In this document: piece by piece, positions 44,162 through 46,449 of the stretch
Position numbering within the stretch: the first letter of the stretch is position 1
Layout of the letters: every line of letters begins with the position of its first letter
From: Terriglobales bacterium
Lineage (GTDB): Bacteria > Acidobacteriota > Terriglobia > Terriglobales > Acidobacteriaceae
Assembly (NCBI GenBank): GCA_035287825.1
Contig: DATEBK010000382.1
Coordinates: 1 to 46,449 of the forward strand
Reading direction: 5' to 3'
DNA length: 46,449 nucleotides
Made by a program: the position numbers and the translations under genes
The notes under the pieces: model-generated
Seen by the model: the letters and a program-made list of their open reading frames with translations, nothing else
The model's database searches: none
What the model was told of the DNA's origin: nothing

Positions 44162-44992
44162 ATGTCATTCGTCGAAAACCAAGGCGTGAAAATCTACTGG
44201 GATGAACAATCCCCCCAGCCAGGCCCCGCCCGCGCCGAAGCCCCGCCGCTCCTGCTGATCATGGGTCTCGGCTATGCCTCGGCTCTATGGCATCGCATTC
44301 GCCCCGTGCTGGCGCAGCATTTCCGCACCATCGCCTTCGACAATCGCGGCGTCGGATCAAGCGCTGTCCCGCCCGGGCCTTATCCCATCGCGACCATGGC
44401 CTCCGATGCTGCCGCCGTTCTCGACGCCGCCCGCATCGCCCGCGCCCACGTCTTCGGAGTCTCCATGGGCGGCATGATCGCCCAGGAGTTCGCCCTGCAA
44501 TATCCCACCAGAACGCGCTCCCTCATTCTCGGATGCACCTCGTCCGGCGGTCCTTCAGCCGTGCGCGCCGAAAGTAAAGTCATCGACATTTTGTTCTCGC
44601 GCGGCATGACCCTCGCGCAAGCACGCGAGGCCATCATCCCCTACATCTACGATGCGGCGACGCCGCGAGAAAAAATCGCCGAAGATATGGCCCTTCGCCA
44701 GTCCTGCCTGCCCACGCCCGAAGGCTACATGGCGCAACTCCAAGGCATTCTCGCCTGGGAAGCCTACAGCCGCATCGCTCAGATCACTGCGCCTACCCTC
44801 GTCATCCACGGCAAATCCGATGCCCTCGTTCCTCCCGGCAACGGCCAACTCATCGCCGCGCGCATTCCCGGAGCGAAACTCCTCCTCCTCGATCACGCCA
44901 GTCACCTGTTTCTCACCGATCAACCTGAAGCCTCGCAAAAAGCGATCCTCGAATTTCTCTCGCCCCACTCCTCCAGCAGAGAACCCGCCTAG
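44162..44992 (+). CDS. alpha/beta-fold hydrolase
   Basis: Oxyanion region LLLIMGLG, nucleophile elbow GVSMGG, and a C-terminal His in DHASHLF. 276 aa. Confidence 0.85.
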   Translation: MSFVENQGVKIYWDEQSPQPGPARAEAPPLLLIMGLGYASALWHRIRPVLAQHFRTIAFDNRGVGSSAVPPGPYPIATMASDAAAVLDAARIARAHVFGVSMGGMIAQEFALQYPTRTRSLILGCTSSGGPSAVRAESKVIDILFSRGMTLAQAREAIIPYIYDAATPREKIAEDMALRQSCLPTPEGYMAQLQGILAWEAYSRIAQITAPTLVIHGKSDALVPPGNGQLIAARIPGAKLLLLDHASHLFLTDQPEASQKAILEFLSPHSSSREPA

Positions 44993-45075
44993 CCAACAGC
45001 CGCTCCGCAGCGCTTTACTCGCCAAAAATCGCCCCCAAATCGACATTCGCCACAAGCATAGAGCATTATCAAAAC

Positions 45076-45092
45076 AATTCATTTGATGAATT
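45076..45092. promoter_or_regulatory. candidate operator: palindrome AATTCAT-ttg-ATGAATT upstream of the TonB-dependent receptor
   Basis: Perfect 7+3+7 inverted repeat in an AT-richer gap, 243 nt upstream of ATG 45335. It is flanked by ATTATC (the reverse complement of the GATAAT Fur hexamer) at 45065-45070. Confidence 0.3.
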
Positions 45093-45334
45093 CCGCAATC
45101 GCGGATACCCTCACGCCCATCATGCAAACGTTGCGCTCTGATGCGGCAGGAGCGTGGGAAGTAGTCGCTCGTTTTCAATCGACTGATCCTCAATGGAATG
45201 ATCCAACCAAAACTGGACCAAACGCGGCAGACGCTGACGGCTGATGCCCGAAGCTCGATGCCTGACAGTAGCGCCCTGCGAGTGATTTTGTAGTCAGTCA
45301 AAACTGCGATACGGAAAGTTTGGGGTAGGGAAAT

Positions 45335-46449
45335 ATGGATTTTGGACAACGTTGTCTCACGCGAGTGTTTGTTGTTTTCGCAATCCTCGCCTGCTTCCTC
45401 TGTCTCGCGCTCCCGTCTCATGCCCAGGGCGTCGGCTCCTCCGGAGAAATCACCGGTACCGTCACCGACTCCTCCGGAGGCGTTCTGCTCAAGGCGACCG
45501 TCGAGATCGTCGATACCCAGACCGGTCTCCGGCGCACAGTCACCACCAACTCCAGCGGCCAGTTCCGCGTTACCGGACTCTCTCCCGCCACCTACGACGT
45601 CAGCGCGCAAATGACGGGCTTCGCCACCGGTATCCGTAAAGCCGTAACCGTTGCCGTCGGCCAGACCGTCGTTTCCGACTTCAAATTGACTTTGTCCAAA
45701 GTTGCGACCGTCGTCGAAGTCACCGATCAACCTCCCGTCGTTGAAACCGAACGCGGCAGTCAGGCCGATCGCATCACCCAGCAGTACATCGCCGACCTGC
45801 CCGTTGACCGGCGCGACTATCTCACGTTTACCTTGCTCGCGCCCGGCGTCTCCGATTCCACCCGCCTCGCTGGCGATCAGGATTTCCGCGTCAAGCAAAC
45901 GCCGCAAAGTGGTCTGTCCTTCTACGGCAGCAACGGCCGCGGCAACAGCATCACTGTCGATGGCGGAGAAACTTCCGGCGACAGTGGCGGCGTCCGTCTC
46001 ACCGTGAGCCAGGACGATGTACAGGAATTCCAGATCAACCGCAGCAACTATGCCGCCGAGCTCGGCTCCGCCACCGGAGCTTCCGTCAACATCGTCACCA
46101 AGTCCGGCACCAACGACGTTCACGGCTCCCTCTACGGATTTTTCCGTGACGATGCTCTTGGCGCCGCCAGTCCCTTCTCCTTCAGCCAGGCCTTACAACC
46201 CGGAGAGGTTTTTAATCCCGCCAATCCCGACACCTTCGGCTCGCCCGTCAAAGACACTCTCACTCGCCAGCAATTCGGCGGTACGTTCGGTTTCCCCATC
46301 TATAAAGACAAAACATTTCTCTTTGCCGATTTCGAGGGCCTTCGCCAGAACGCGCAAAATGCCGTTCCGCTGCTCACCGACACTGATATTTTTCGTCCCA
46401 CGGCAGCGCAAAACGCCATCATCGCTAATCTGGCAACCTCGGCAAACCC
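45335..46449 (+). CDS. TonB-dependent receptor with N-terminal carboxypeptidase-regulatory-like domain (5' partial, continues past the window end); absent from supplied ORF track
   Basis: Hand translation from ATG 45335 shows no stop through 46449: MDFGQRCLTRVFVVFAILACFLCLALPSHAQGVGSSGEITGTVTDSSGGVLLKATVEIVDTQTGLRRTVTTNSSGQFRVTGLSPATYDV... then the plug region DRRDYLTFTLLAPGV...GSNGRGNSITVDGGE...NIVTKSGTNDVHGSLYGFFRDD. Confidence 0.88.
   Translation, partial: MDFGQRCLTRVFVVFAILACFLCLALPSHAQGVGSSGEITGTVTDSSGGVLLKATVEIVDTQTGLRRTVTTNSSGQFRVTGLSPATYDVSAQMTGFATGIRKAVTVAVGQTVVSDFKLTLSKVATVVEVTDQPPVVETERGSQADRITQQYIADLPVDRRDYLTFTLLAPGVSDSTRLAGDQDFRVKQTPQSGLSFYGSNGRGNSITVDGGETSGDSGGVRLTVSQDDVQEFQINRSNYAAELGSATGASVNIVTKSGTNDVHGSLYGFFRDDALGAASPFSFSQALQPGEVFNPANPDTFGSPVKDTLTRQQFGGTFGFPIYKDKTFLFADFEGLRQNAQNAVPLLTDTDIFRPTAAQNAIIANLATSAN

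Noticed and set aside
45086-45244. 52-aa plus-strand ORF (MNSAIADTLTPIMQTLRSDAAGAWEVV...) in the receptor leader
   Set aside because: Third-position GC is only about half, well below neighbouring genes. There is no Shine-Dalgarno, and the start lies inside the palindrome. Evidence is insufficient.
44555-46123. 522-aa minus-strand ORF spanning the hydrolase 3' end, the 340-nt gap and the receptor 5' end
   Set aside because: No recognisable domain, and it is antisense to two well-supported genes. The open frame across the gap is most likely chance.

Overview
GC-rich, gene-dense chromosomal segment. Its protein repertoire looks like Acidobacteriota: a CarboxypepD_reg-type TonB-dependent receptor, a GloVer-repeat propeller, a TPR-tailed Ser/Thr kinase with the [22 protein letters not shown]-terminus, DUF2911 and DinB. 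That placement is inference only. No database search was possible, and all family calls rest on motifs I recognise in the translations. I call 41 CDS. I saw no rRNA, tRNA, CRISPR array, transposase, integrase or phage gene. From left to right: an Flp pilin, a split methylmalonyl-CoA mutase catalytic subunit, a TonB-like protein, an M48 peptidase and a small Cys-rich protein; then the glycine cleavage operon gcvT-gcvH-gcvPA-gcvPB, a TPR protein, a secreted propeller, and a thiolase plus VLCAD-like acyl-CoA dehydrogenase pair; then a DinB operon, DUF2911, a DUF62 SAM hydrolase, a membrane Ser/Thr kinase co-oriented with a histone-H1-like protein, and an aldo/keto reductase. Next comes an RND efflux operon (adaptor, pump, outer-membrane factor). 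Last is a tight 12-gene array (31.4-45.0 kb) opened by a TetR gene, followed by the 5' part of a TonB-dependent receptor. The best candidate for a new system is that TetR-led array. It combines a full beta-oxidation core with an ACAD10/11-N-like (APH-fold) kinase, a histidine-phosphatase-fold protein, a PTGR1/CurA-type enone reductase, an ADH, an SDR and an alpha/beta hydrolase. This parts list parallels the phospho-dependent 4-hydroxyacyl-CoA routes known from P. putida lva and mammalian ACAD10/11. Three genes are missing from the supplied ORF track: flp (330-500, GTG start), a 48-aa Trp-rich membrane ORF (18495-18641), and the receptor that runs off the window end (45335->46449). Other points worth a second look: a probable 1-nt frameshift at the 3' end of the fadB-like gene, an in-frame 15-bp tandem repeat at the RND/OMF junction, a nested inverted-repeat element between gcvH and gcvPA, a lone antisense MaoC gene wedged into the operon with 8- and 11-nt spacers, and REP-like intergenic elements.
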